DNA from: Candidatus Binatus sp. | Lineage (GTDB): Bacteria > Desulfobacterota > Binatia > Binatales > Binataceae | Length of the DNA stretch: 64,000 bases | NCBI RefSeq assembly: GCF_030646925.1 | Contig: NZ_JAUSKL010000122.1 | Span: 1,365-65,364, forward strand | Reading direction: 5' to 3' | Part shown: piece by piece, positions 9,744 to 17,039 of the stretch | Position numbering within the stretch: the stretch's first letter is position 1 | Layout: each line of letters starts with the position of its first letter | Program-made: the position numbers and the translations under genes | The notes under the pieces: model-generated | Told to the model about the DNA's origin: nothing | Databases searched by the model: none | Seen by the model: only the letters and a program-made list of their open reading frames with translations

Positions 9744-9953
9744 GTGGAAGACAACAGCGTGAAGGACCTTACGAAATCCATGCGTGCGCTGCTTCTGGTG
9801 CAGCTCCAGGCGCAGATTGCGCCCGACGACAGGGAAAAACCCGAGGTGCTCCTATCCCGAGCCGGATTCGCGGCGCGCGAAATTGCGGAATTGCTGAGGA
9901 AGAGCCCGGCCGCAGTCGCGAAGGCGATTCAGCGGTCCGAGAGGGGGGAGTAG
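9744..9953 (+). CDS. mini-HTH protein 1 (sigma-70 region-4-like)
   Basis: Track ORF 9690..9953. Preferred start is GTG 9744, six nt after GAGGT (9733-9737). HTH AREIAELLRKSPAAVAKAIQR. Confidence 0.55.
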   Translation: MEDNSVKDLTKSMRALLLVQLQAQIAPDDREKPEVLLSRAGFAAREIAELLRKSPAAVAKAIQRSERGE

Positions 9954-9959
9954 CGAACA

Positions 9960-10196
9960 ATGGCCACAGGCGGACCCGCCACGATTGACGACCTGTTGAA
10001 ACAGGCGAAGACGACAAACCGTCTTCTTGCGGCGCAACTAAAGGCCCAAATGAGCCAGATGGACCTCATTGCCCTCTTAGACGACTCCGGCCTGACGGCT
10101 CGGGAGATCGGCGAGATTCTCGGCACATCACCCGCGACAGTGGCTGTGACCCAACAGCGCCTGAGAAAGAAGAAGATGAAAAAATCGGAGGAGTAG
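9960..10196 (+). CDS. mini-HTH protein 2 (sigma-70 region-4-like)
   Basis: 78 aa, with a GGGGGAG RBS. LTAREIGEILGTSPATVAVTQQRLRKKK resembles sigma region 4.2. Confidence 0.6.
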   Translation: MATGGPATIDDLLKQAKTTNRLLAAQLKAQMSQMDLIALLDDSGLTAREIGEILGTSPATVAVTQQRLRKKKMKKSEE

Positions 10197-10202
10197 TCGC
10201 CT

Positions 10203-10388
10203 ATGCCAAAGAACTTCGATTCCGGGGAGCGTGTCGTCGAACTGCTGCGGGCGCTGATTATCGTGCAGCTTGGGTTGGCCGGAGTTGGTCAGGCGCAGAT
10301 TCGGAAAATTGTCGGGGGCTCCATGAATGACATTAATGCGATCGTTAAGTTACTTCGCTCGGGGCGCCGCGGGCAGGTGAAAGAATGA
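10203..10388 (+). CDS. mini-HTH protein 3 (most diverged)
   Basis: 61 aa, with a GGAGGA RBS. Same helix-plus-HTH plan (LLRALIIVQL ... QAQIRKIVGGSMNDINAIVKLLR). Confidence 0.5.
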   Translation: MPKNFDSGERVVELLRALIIVQLGLAGVGQAQIRKIVGGSMNDINAIVKLLRSGRRGQVKE

Positions 10389-10468
10389 GTACTCCTACTG
10401 AAGAGCGGAGAACCGCGGAATTGCTCAATCGAAACGACTCAGGACTTATTCATCTTTCTAGGAAATGA
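10385..10468 (+). CDS. 27-codon bridging ORF (possible decayed paralogue or coupling relay)
   Basis: Not in the track. Its ATG overlaps the upstream TGA (ATGA), and its own TGA overlaps the ATG at 10465. Product MSTPTEERRTAELLNRNDSGLIHLSRK. Confidence 0.25.
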   Translation: MSTPTEERRTAELLNRNDSGLIHLSRK

Positions 10469-10683
10469 ACATCATGGAGAACAACGGCAATTCGCTCGCG
10501 GATGAACTGCGGGCCGTGAAAATGCTTCTCATTCTTCAGGCGCTGGCTTTGGGCTGTCAGCAAAAGCACATCGCGGCCGCGCTCGGCGTCAGCGAAGCAA
10601 CGTTGAGCCGGATGCTCCCGAAAGGCTTCGGCAAGGAAATCGCCAAAATTGCCGACCGTCGTCTTGGCGCGGAGGCCACATAG
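10465..10683 (+). CDS. mini-HTH protein 4
   Basis: 72 aa. MLLILQALALGCQQKHIAAALGVSEATLSRMLPKG. Confidence 0.6.
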   Translation: MNIMENNGNSLADELRAVKMLLILQALALGCQQKHIAAALGVSEATLSRMLPKGFGKEIAKIADRRLGAEAT

Positions 10684-10685
10684 TC

Positions 10686-10862
10686 ATGACCGAAGAACAG
10701 GCCGCCGCCATCCTCAAGGAGCTCGAGATGTTGCGGAAGCTGAAACTGCTTGAACTTCTCGACAACGGTTATTCGCAAGGGCAGCTCGCAAAGCTTTTAG
10801 GCGTGAGTCAGCCGACTATCAGCCGCATGGTTCCAAACGTTTCCTTGAAGAAGGCGCGATGA
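10686..10862 (+). CDS. mini-HTH protein 5 (below the ORF-track size cut-off)
   Basis: Translated by hand: MTEEQAAAILKELEMLRKLKLLELLDNGYSQGQLAKLLGVSQPTISRMVPNVSLKKAR. GGAGG RBS. Its stop overlaps the ATG at 10859 (ATGA). Confidence 0.6.
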   Translation: MTEEQAAAILKELEMLRKLKLLELLDNGYSQGQLAKLLGVSQPTISRMVPNVSLKKAR

Positions 10863-11899
10863 CGGCCAAAACTTCAGTGGTCAATTGGGCCGGCGACTAC
10901 GAAGAAACCTGCATCCAGCTAGGCAAGCATCTCGGGAAAAATAAAATCCGCCGAATGCTGTTCGGCGCCATCTATGGTCGTGGCTCCAAGCCGCGTTCCA
11001 AGAAGCAGTTGATGGCCGAGGTCGGCCTTAAGGCCAGCCACGCTCAGCAGGCGCAGAACCAACTCGACCACCTTTGGCGCTATGGGCTAATTGAGCGAAA
11101 TGAGAACGAGGGGGCGGTGGCTGACGGCAGCTGCTATGTCTACAGCAAGGAGCCAAACGTTGGCGCGCACCGCAAGAAGATCGTCCAACACGCCGACAAG
11201 CCTGCTCTCGCGAAAAAGACGCCGACCAAGCGCAACCCGATGGTGCGTGGCATGACGGTCGTCGTCAAACCCGTCGTCAGGCGAAGCACGCTGAAAAAAA
11301 ACAAGCACCTCGACGTGCTTTACCTTATGGCCAACCCAATCAGGAAGCACAGCCTGCGCGTGGACGCCGAGGTGAGAAAAGTCTGTGAGGAGATCCGCCG
11401 TTCGCAATATCGCGACAACATCACGCTTCACCAATCGCCTGCGGCCGACCTCACCACCATTATTCGCGGCCTCAACGATCATCGGCCTGGCATTGTGCAC
11501 TTCTCGGGTCACGGTAATGCCGACGGCTTGGCGACCGACGACGGCGGCGTTAAGCGCACGAAAACTCAATTCGTCACGTTTGATCTTCTCGGCAAAGCCC
11601 TTGCTGCGACTGACGACCCTCCGAAAGTCGTCGTCTTAAACGCCTGCCGAAGCGCCGGAGCGCGCGGAGCGCTCTTCGGTACGGCGAAGGCCATCATCGC
11701 CATGCAAGACTCCATCGGCGACGCTGCCGCGGTAGCTTTTGCCACGATGTTCTATGGTGGCATTGCCAGCGGCCAGTCGTTGCAGTCAGCCTTCGAACAA
11801 GGTTGCGTCGCAGTGGAATCTGTTTCTCTACGAGAAGCGGCAACGCCAAAGCTGATTACTGCAAATGGCGTCGATGCGAAGAAACTCAAGCTGGCGTAA
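10859..11899 (+). CDS. winged-helix-like N-terminus fused to a minimal CHAT (caspase-fold) protease domain
   Basis: 346 aa. Catalytic-dyad contexts IVHFSGHGNADG and VVVLNACRSAG. CHAT-typical LDVLYLMANP start of the domain. N-terminal segment KKQLMAEVGLKASHAQQAQNQLDHLWRYGLIERNE looks like a wHTH. Confidence 0.8.
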   Translation: MTAKTSVVNWAGDYEETCIQLGKHLGKNKIRRMLFGAIYGRGSKPRSKKQLMAEVGLKASHAQQAQNQLDHLWRYGLIERNENEGAVADGSCYVYSKEPNVGAHRKKIVQHADKPALAKKTPTKRNPMVRGMTVVVKPVVRRSTLKKNKHLDVLYLMANPIRKHSLRVDAEVRKVCEEIRRSQYRDNITLHQSPAADLTTIIRGLNDHRPGIVHFSGHGNADGLATDDGGVKRTKTQFVTFDLLGKALAATDDPPKVVVLNACRSAGARGALFGTAKAIIAMQDSIGDAAAVAFATMFYGGIASGQSLQSAFEQGCVAVESVSLREAATPKLITANGVDAKKLKLA

Positions 11900-12011
11900 C
11901 TCATATGAGCGGTTATCGCGCCGGACGCGGCTTCGCCAAGACGCAGCACCATCACTGTTCCCCTGACTTCCGGCTGTAACTCGATCCGCGCGCGCCCTAC
12001 TGAACGCACCA

Positions 12012-12135
12012 ATAACGCTTTATTGCGCCCGCGCGACGACGCAGGGCAGGGCACCGAGTAATCGATTTCAATCGACGCGTCTGACGTCCAACTCTTGAAG
12101 AACGGAGTCGGAAGAGGTCATTGGCAGAGCGCGCA
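12012..12135. repeat. junction copy J2 (GT-C 3'-end-like plus spacer-like sequence)
   Basis: acgctttattgcgcccgcgcgacgacgcagggcagggcaccgagtaatcgatttcaatcgacgcgtctgacgtccaactcttg parallels 8945-9025. Confidence 0.6.
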
Positions 12136-12138
12136 GAT

Positions 12139-12570
12139 TTAGACAGCCTCGCGTTTCGGCTCGATCTCCGGAAAGAATGCTCCGGCTGGCAGATGAAAGC
12201 GTCGCGATAGTGCCTGGACCTGCCGTACGTTGAGTTCGCGCTTTCCGCGCAGGATTTCAGAGACCACCCCCTGGCTGCCGATTTCGGGCAGATCTCCCTG
12301 CGACAGGCCGTGCTGCTCCATCAGGAATTTGAGCAGTTCGACGCCCGAAGCATCGGGAATCTGATGGTGTTCCTCGTCGTAGGCCTCGATCAGTACGCTC
12401 AGGGTATCGATGAAGCGGTAGCGGGGATCCTTGGGGTTGTCGCCGACCTCGTCGACCAATTCGTTGAGCTGCGCGACTGCCGCGTCGTATTCGCGCCCGT
12501 TGCGGATGGCGAGCAGGGGAGCGTACTTCTCGGGATTCCTGAGGGTCTGAGTGATCGTTCGACTCTTCAT
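12139..12570 (-). CDS. higA: HigA-type antitoxin (XRE-family HTH)
   Basis: Track ORF 12139..12831 trimmed to the ATG at 12570 (MKSRTITQ...). C-terminal HTH GLSQGDLPEIGSQGVVSEILRGKRELNVRQVQALSRRF. ATGA overlap with higB. Confidence 0.85.
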   Translation of the reverse strand: MKSRTITQTLRNPEKYAPLLAIRNGREYDAAVAQLNELVDEVGDNPKDPRYRFIDTLSVLIEAYDEEHHQIPDASGVELLKFLMEQHGLSQGDLPEIGSQGVVSEILRGKRELNVRQVQALSRRFHLPAGAFFPEIEPKREAV

Positions 12571-12866
12571 TTTTTCCAGTCGCCTTTGTCGTATTGCGCA
12601 TGAGTTAGGACGTGCCGGATGAACAGTTTTTGCGTATTGAAATGGATCGCGGCAATGAGCCGGTACTTGTTGCCGCCAATATCGAACACGTAAAAACCTT
12701 TCCTGCCGGCACTCACATAGTCGACGCTTTTGAATGTCTGTTTCAGTTCCGCGAGATTTTTGAAACTGCCTCTTCTCGCGGCCTTGAACCAGGTTTTCAG
12801 CGGGGCTTCGGCGCCAGCGTGAACCTTCCAAAACTCCGTCAACGCCTTCCGCGAGATTACGTGCAC
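12567..12866 (-). CDS. higB: HigB-type toxin (RelE/ParE superfamily mRNA interferase)
   Basis: 99 aa. MHVISRKALTEFW...FDIGGNKYRLIAAIHFNTQKLFIRHVLTHAQYDKGDW is typical of this HigB family. Toxin-first gene order. Confidence 0.85.
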   Translation of the reverse strand: MHVISRKALTEFWKVHAGAEAPLKTWFKAARRGSFKNLAELKQTFKSVDYVSAGRKGFYVFDIGGNKYRLIAAIHFNTQKLFIRHVLTHAQYDKGDWKK

Positions 12867-12999
12867 GAACGAAGACTATCTCATTTCGCGATACATATCA
12901 ACTCAATATGAGATGGCGCAGGCCAGCAAAGCACGCGGGGCCTCGCCAGGCCTCGATTCTATCCCCTACCCTAGAGAGATCGCGATCCCCGTTCGCAGC

Positions 13000-13130
13000 G
13001 CAGGATGGCAGGGCCGACGTCCAGCTTGGTAAGATAGACGCCGTCCGCAAGACACTTCAAATACCTTGCCGAAGAAATTGCAGCATCAGCCGATTGACGT
13101 GATCGGGTTTCTCCTGATGCACGAAATGGC
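13000..13130. repeat. junction copy J3 (residual GT-C 3' bit, spacer, and 3' end of the intact hydrolase gene)
   Basis: gacgtccagcttggtaagatagacgccgtccgc ... cttcaaataccttgccgaagaaattgcagcatcagccgatt parallels 9012-9100. Confidence 0.65.
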
Positions 13131-13944
13131 CGGCGCCCGGCACCACGTCGATCTTCAATCCGCGCGGAAACAACGCTTCCATCCCGCTAAGAAGTTCCGC
13201 CCCGATGCATCCATCGTCGCGCCCATGGAACATCAGCGTCGGCACCTCGATCGGCGCGGCCATCGCAGTTGCGAGCGCGCTCGGTTGCGCCGGAATCTTC
13301 AGCACCGGGCCGAGCGTCGCGCGATAGTAGCCGAGCGCCGCCTCGAGGGTGCCCTTGGCGCGGAAGCATCGCTTGAGCGCTTCCATTTCCGGCTGCGTCC
13401 AGTTCCAGCCGGGCGACCAATCGCGCCACATCTTTTCGAGGAAAGCAAAATCGTTGAGGCTGACCGCGGTCTCCGCGATCGCAGTCTGGAAAAAGAACAT
13501 GTACCAAGAGCGCCTTTGCTGCGCGTAATTAGTCACCAGCGCCTGGAAAAAACTGGTTCCGTAGGGAACAGCGGCGGTAATTAGTTTCTGCACGACATTC
13601 GGCGCCCGTGCCGCCGCGCCATAGGCTGCGACCGCACCCCAGTCGTGCCCGAACAGGACCGCCTCCTGATAGCCGAGCGCTTCGATCAGAGCGAGCGCGT
13701 CTTCCGACAACACCGGCGAATCGTAGCGGCCGTCGGGCGCAGGCTCGGTCGGCGCATAGCCGCGCATGAACGGCGCGACGGCATGATAACCCGCGTCGGC
13801 GAGCGCCGGCATCTGATTGCGAAAGGAGTGCGCCGTGTCAGGAAACCCGTGCAGGCATAGCACCAACGGCCCTTCGCCGATCTCGAGCACGGTGAAGTTC
13901 AGCTTCGACGCTCGCACCACTCGCTCGTTCATTTGTGCCGCCAT
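13057..13944 (-). CDS. alpha/beta-fold hydrolase (epoxide-hydrolase-like)
   Basis: 295 aa. HGFPDTAHSF oxyanion region, nucleophile elbow GHDWGA, C-terminal GAGHFVHQEKP. Confidence 0.85.
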   Translation of the reverse strand: MAAQMNERVVRASKLNFTVLEIGEGPLVLCLHGFPDTAHSFRNQMPALADAGYHAVAPFMRGYAPTEPAPDGRYDSPVLSEDALALIEALGYQEAVLFGHDWGAVAAYGAAARAPNVVQKLITAAVPYGTSFFQALVTNYAQQRRSWYMFFFQTAIAETAVSLNDFAFLEKMWRDWSPGWNWTQPEMEALKRCFRAKGTLEAALGYYRATLGPVLKIPAQPSALATAMAAPIEVPTLMFHGRDDGCIGAELLSGMEALFPRGLKIDVVPGAGHFVHQEKPDHVNRLMLQFLRQGI

Positions 13945-14340
13945 GCTGCCTCTCTTTTATAACACTTTTCCGCTTGGCTATTTCGCGCGAAGTGTCGGCT
14001 CGCGGAAGAATCTCGCGCCTAGATATGCCGTCTTGCCGACCTCATAGCCCGGCCCTGCGTATCTCGCGATGCTAGAATCCATTCGTCAATCAGTCGCGCT
14101 CGAACCGCTTATTCGCCTTTTGCGGCCAGGCCTCGCGATATAGCGGATCGATGCACCATCCTGTATTGTCAGTGGCCTCGACGGCAAGCACATTTGCCCT
14201 CCCGCTTTCGGTTCGAAGGCCCCAAGTGAAAATGTGCGGATGCCGGCCGCCCGGATGTTCATGGGCAATCGGGCTGCCGAAGCCTCGCTCAGCGCGCAAG
14301 CAATCAGGCGTGCGCGAGAGTTCAGGCCGAGAACGGAACA

Positions 14341-15282
14341 GTGGAGCGACGAATGGCGATTACGAACACCAACACCCGCGCGATTTTCTCACCGACCTAT
14401 CGGCCGTGGGAGCAGCGCTGGTACGCAGCATCGGGACCGGACATCGGAGTGTTCGCCTGGATAATGTTGATCCACGCGACGGCGCTGGCCGGCCTGGTGA
14501 TGTTTCCTCTGCCCGGATGGCCGCTCTTTTTCGGCGCGCTGGCGCTCGCGTTCGTCGGCGGACTCGGCACTACGGTCGCCTATCATCGTGCGATCGCGCA
14601 TCGCAGCGTCACGCTGAATCCATGGGCGCGCGGCGTGCTCACGTTCGTCGCGATGTTCAACGGTTCGGGTGCGCCAGCGTCGTGGGCGTCGCGCCATCGC
14701 CAGCATCATGCACAGGCGGATACTGCCGACGACGTCTCGAGTCCGATCTTCGGCGGCTTCTGGTGGGCGCATCTCCGATGGCTCTGGCAAACCGGGCCCT
14801 CGCCGATGGATCGCTACGGCCGCGATCTCAAGGCCCCGACGTACATCATCTGGCGTTATTTCCAGATTCCGATTCTGACGCTCTCGTATCTCGGCCCGCT
14901 GTATTTCGGCCTCGCGGCGTTTTTCTGGCTCGGCGCGATTCGGCTCTGCTTCGCGCTTCATGCGCAATGCTTCGTCAACAGCGTCTGCCACACCGAACCT
15001 GGAATCGTGCCGGGTGAGGATTCGAGCCGCAACGTGAGATGGCTCGCTGTGATGCATATGCTGCAGGGCGAGAATTGGCATCGCAACCATCATTCGCGGC
15101 CCGGATGGGCGCGGCTCGGGTGGAACTGGCGCCAGCCCGACGTTGGCTACGTTGTCATCCTTGCGCTCGAGCAACTCGGCCTCGCGTACGACGTTCGCGA
15201 TGGCCGGCCGCGTGCGAACCTGAAGGCGCGCGATCCGCGCGAGATCGCCGGCGATCAGGACGCGCTCGATCCGGCCGCGTAA
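14341..15282 (+). CDS. membrane fatty-acid (acyl-CoA/lipid delta-9-type) desaturase
   Basis: Three His boxes (HRAIAHRS, HRQHHAQAD, HRNHHSRP) with TM segments. ATG 14353 is an alternative start. Confidence 0.85.
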   Translation: MERRMAITNTNTRAIFSPTYRPWEQRWYAASGPDIGVFAWIMLIHATALAGLVMFPLPGWPLFFGALALAFVGGLGTTVAYHRAIAHRSVTLNPWARGVLTFVAMFNGSGAPASWASRHRQHHAQADTADDVSSPIFGGFWWAHLRWLWQTGPSPMDRYGRDLKAPTYIIWRYFQIPILTLSYLGPLYFGLAAFFWLGAIRLCFALHAQCFVNSVCHTEPGIVPGEDSSRNVRWLAVMHMLQGENWHRNHHSRPGWARLGWNWRQPDVGYVVILALEQLGLAYDVRDGRPRANLKARDPREIAGDQDALDPAA

Positions 15283-15426
15283 GCGCTCGCGCCGAATCGT
15301 CCGGGAGCTAAAGCTTCTTTGCGACGATCAGAACTGCCACCAGCAACGCCGGCTCGATGCCCGGGTTGGTCTACGCGTGATTGGTGCCGCGCTGCACCAC
15401 CACGTCAAACGCCTTCAGTTTCAACG
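15272..15426. repeat. direct repeat copy 1: desaturase 3' end, spacer, and decayed cupin 3' end
   Basis: Aligns with 17040-17194, e.g. gcgtgattggtgccgcgctgcac[c/t]accacgtcaaacg. Confidence 0.75.
15308..15426 (-). pseudogene. C-terminal fragment of a cupin gene, with an in-frame stop
   Basis: Paralogous to the 3' end of 17076..17609. The intact gene reads aatcacgcttggac (NHAWT); the fragment reads aatcacgcgtagac (NHA*). Confidence 0.65.
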
Positions 15427-15579
15427 CCCAATGAACGCATTGGAGTGATTGGGCCGCTTCGTCCGCACCTTGAAAACCCGCAGTCCTGGAGAGCGTAACA
15501 GTGGATGTTGCAAACGGTGGTCGCGGGGGGCGAGACTGGTTCGGTTCCGCTTGGCTGAATCATTCTCGGGGGTCATCGT

Positions 15580-16440
15580 TTGGCTCCGGCTCAAATCGAC
15601 CGCGCGCCAGCTCATTCGCTCGTTGGGCGCGAGCGAGAAGCCGCGCTATTGATCGCGGGCCTCGACGACGCGATCGCCGGGCGCGGCCGACTGTTCCTGA
15701 TCTCGGGCGAGCCGGGAATCGGCAAGACATGGCTGGCCGATGAGGTTGCGAGGCACGGCGATGCCCGCGGGATGCGGGTGGCATGGGGCCGATGTTGGGA
15801 GGGCGGCGGTGCACCCTCATACTGGCCGTGGGTGCAAGTGCTGCGCTCACTTGTCGTTCATCCGGATCGGACGCGGGCGCGGCCGCCGCTTGTCACGCCG
15901 GAGATTGGTCAGCTAATCCCCGAACTGTCATCTGAAACGAATAGACCGACTCCGTCGGATCCAGATCAGGCGCGCTTTCGGCTCTTCGATGGCGTCGCCA
16001 CGATGCTAAGGGACGCGGCACGATCGCAGCCGCTGGTTCTCATTTTTGACGATTTGCACGAAGCCGATCAGACCTCGCTCGAGATGCTCAAGTTTGTAGC
16101 GCGCGGATTGCGCGACTCTCAAATCATGGTCATCGGCACTTTCCGCGATGTCGAAGTACGGCGTTCGCAGATGCTTTCGGAGGCCATCGCCGAGATTGCC
16201 CGTGAGGGCGATCAAATTGTGCTGACGGGACTGACCGAGCGCGAAGTTGCGCAGATGGTTGAAGAACGGGCTGTGCTCACGCCGACCTCGAGTTTTACCG
16301 CGGACCTGCATCGGGCGACGGCGGGCAATCCTCTATTTATCGATGGCGTGGTGCGCGTGCTGATGGCCGAAGGCAAGCTTGGCCAGGCGACGCGGCTCGA
16401 TCTGAGCGGCTTCAAGCTGCCAGAAGGCGATTACGTAGAG
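15580..16440 (+). pseudogene. 3'-truncated AAA/STAND-type ATPase (N-terminal NTPase module of large LuxR/TPR-type regulators)
   Basis: LVGREREAALL...GRLFLISGEPGIGKTWLADE (Walker A), LVLIFDDLHEAD (Walker B). The family-like sequence ends near KLPEG at about 16430; the rest of track ORF 15580..16782 is low-complexity read-through. Confidence 0.6.
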
Positions 16441-16484
16441 ACCGCCCGCCTGTCCGCTCGGCTCAGCGGTCACGGAGTTCTCTC

Positions 16485-16937
16485 ATGCTCGGCGCGGGCA
16501 GCCCGAACGCTCGCGCCGACGAGCCGATCGTCGGTCTGTGGCAGGCGACGTGGACCGACGTGGATACCAATGCCGTCGTCGCCAACCTCTGGGACGTCTG
16601 GCACAGCGATCGCACCGAGACTCAAAATGACAGCGGACCGGTGCTCGCCGGGTTCGTGTGTCAGGGCGTCTGGATCCCTATGGGCCAGCGTACCTATGGA
16701 CTATCGCACCCCTTCTTCTCGTACACTGGGGCGGACGGGCATCTGGACACGACCAGCAGCTCCGTGGTTTACGAAAAAGTGACCGTGTCCAAGGACCGCA
16801 AAAGCTTCGCCGGGAATGGGATCATAAAGGTGGTATCGGGCATCAACCCGTTTGATCCTGGCGCCACTTTGCTCTTCTCGGAGAATATTAAAATTGCCGC
16901 AACTCGCGTGACGGTCGATCCCAGCCAGCTTCCTTGA
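16485..16937 (+). CDS. hypothetical beta-rich protein, probably 5'-truncated (no signal peptide)
   Basis: 150 aa with protein-like composition. The N-terminus ...GSPNARADEPIVGLW looks like the region just after a lost signal peptide. Confidence 0.4.
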   Translation: MLGAGSPNARADEPIVGLWQATWTDVDTNAVVANLWDVWHSDRTETQNDSGPVLAGFVCQGVWIPMGQRTYGLSHPFFSYTGADGHLDTTSSSVVYEKVTVSKDRKSFAGNGIIKVVSGINPFDPGATLLFSENIKIAATRVTVDPSQLP

Positions 16938-16961
16938 CTTTGACCGCGTCAGTGGCAGGGG

Positions 16962-16984
16962 CGGCCGGATCTAATGTCCGGCCG
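16962..16984 (+). terminator. hairpin downstream of 16485..16937
   Basis: CGGCCGGA-tctaatg-TCCGGCCG, a perfect 8-bp stem. Only a weak T tract follows. Confidence 0.3.
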
Positions 16985-17039
16985 TTCCAACCCCAGCGTG
17001 CGTCTTTAGAGTCACGGACTTGTGTCCGAGAGACCGATC

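Larger units (their letters stand above)
9135..12999. mobile_element. accessory insertion in two modules (mini-HTH/CHAT operon and higBA) between the convergent GT-C and hydrolase genes
   Basis: Bounded and subdivided by junction copies J1/J2/J3. AT-rich leader. Cargo is of conflict-system type. No recombinase seen. Confidence 0.5.
15427..17039. mobile_element. repeat-bounded insert carrying only gene fragments
   Basis: Lies between the two copies of the desaturase/cupin junction. No recombinase. Confidence 0.4.

Noticed and set aside
14151-15017. 288-aa + strand ORF overlapping the desaturase in another frame, and the 261-aa antisense ORF 14389..15174
   Set aside because: The desaturase frame carries all three His boxes. 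The alternatives are Arg/Ser/Pro-rich shadow ORFs.
16425-16490. A simple frameshift restoring a full-length STAND ATPase
   Set aside because: I translated all three forward frames across the junction. One hits a stop immediately, and the other leads into an unrelated beta-rich protein. No ATPase continuation was found.
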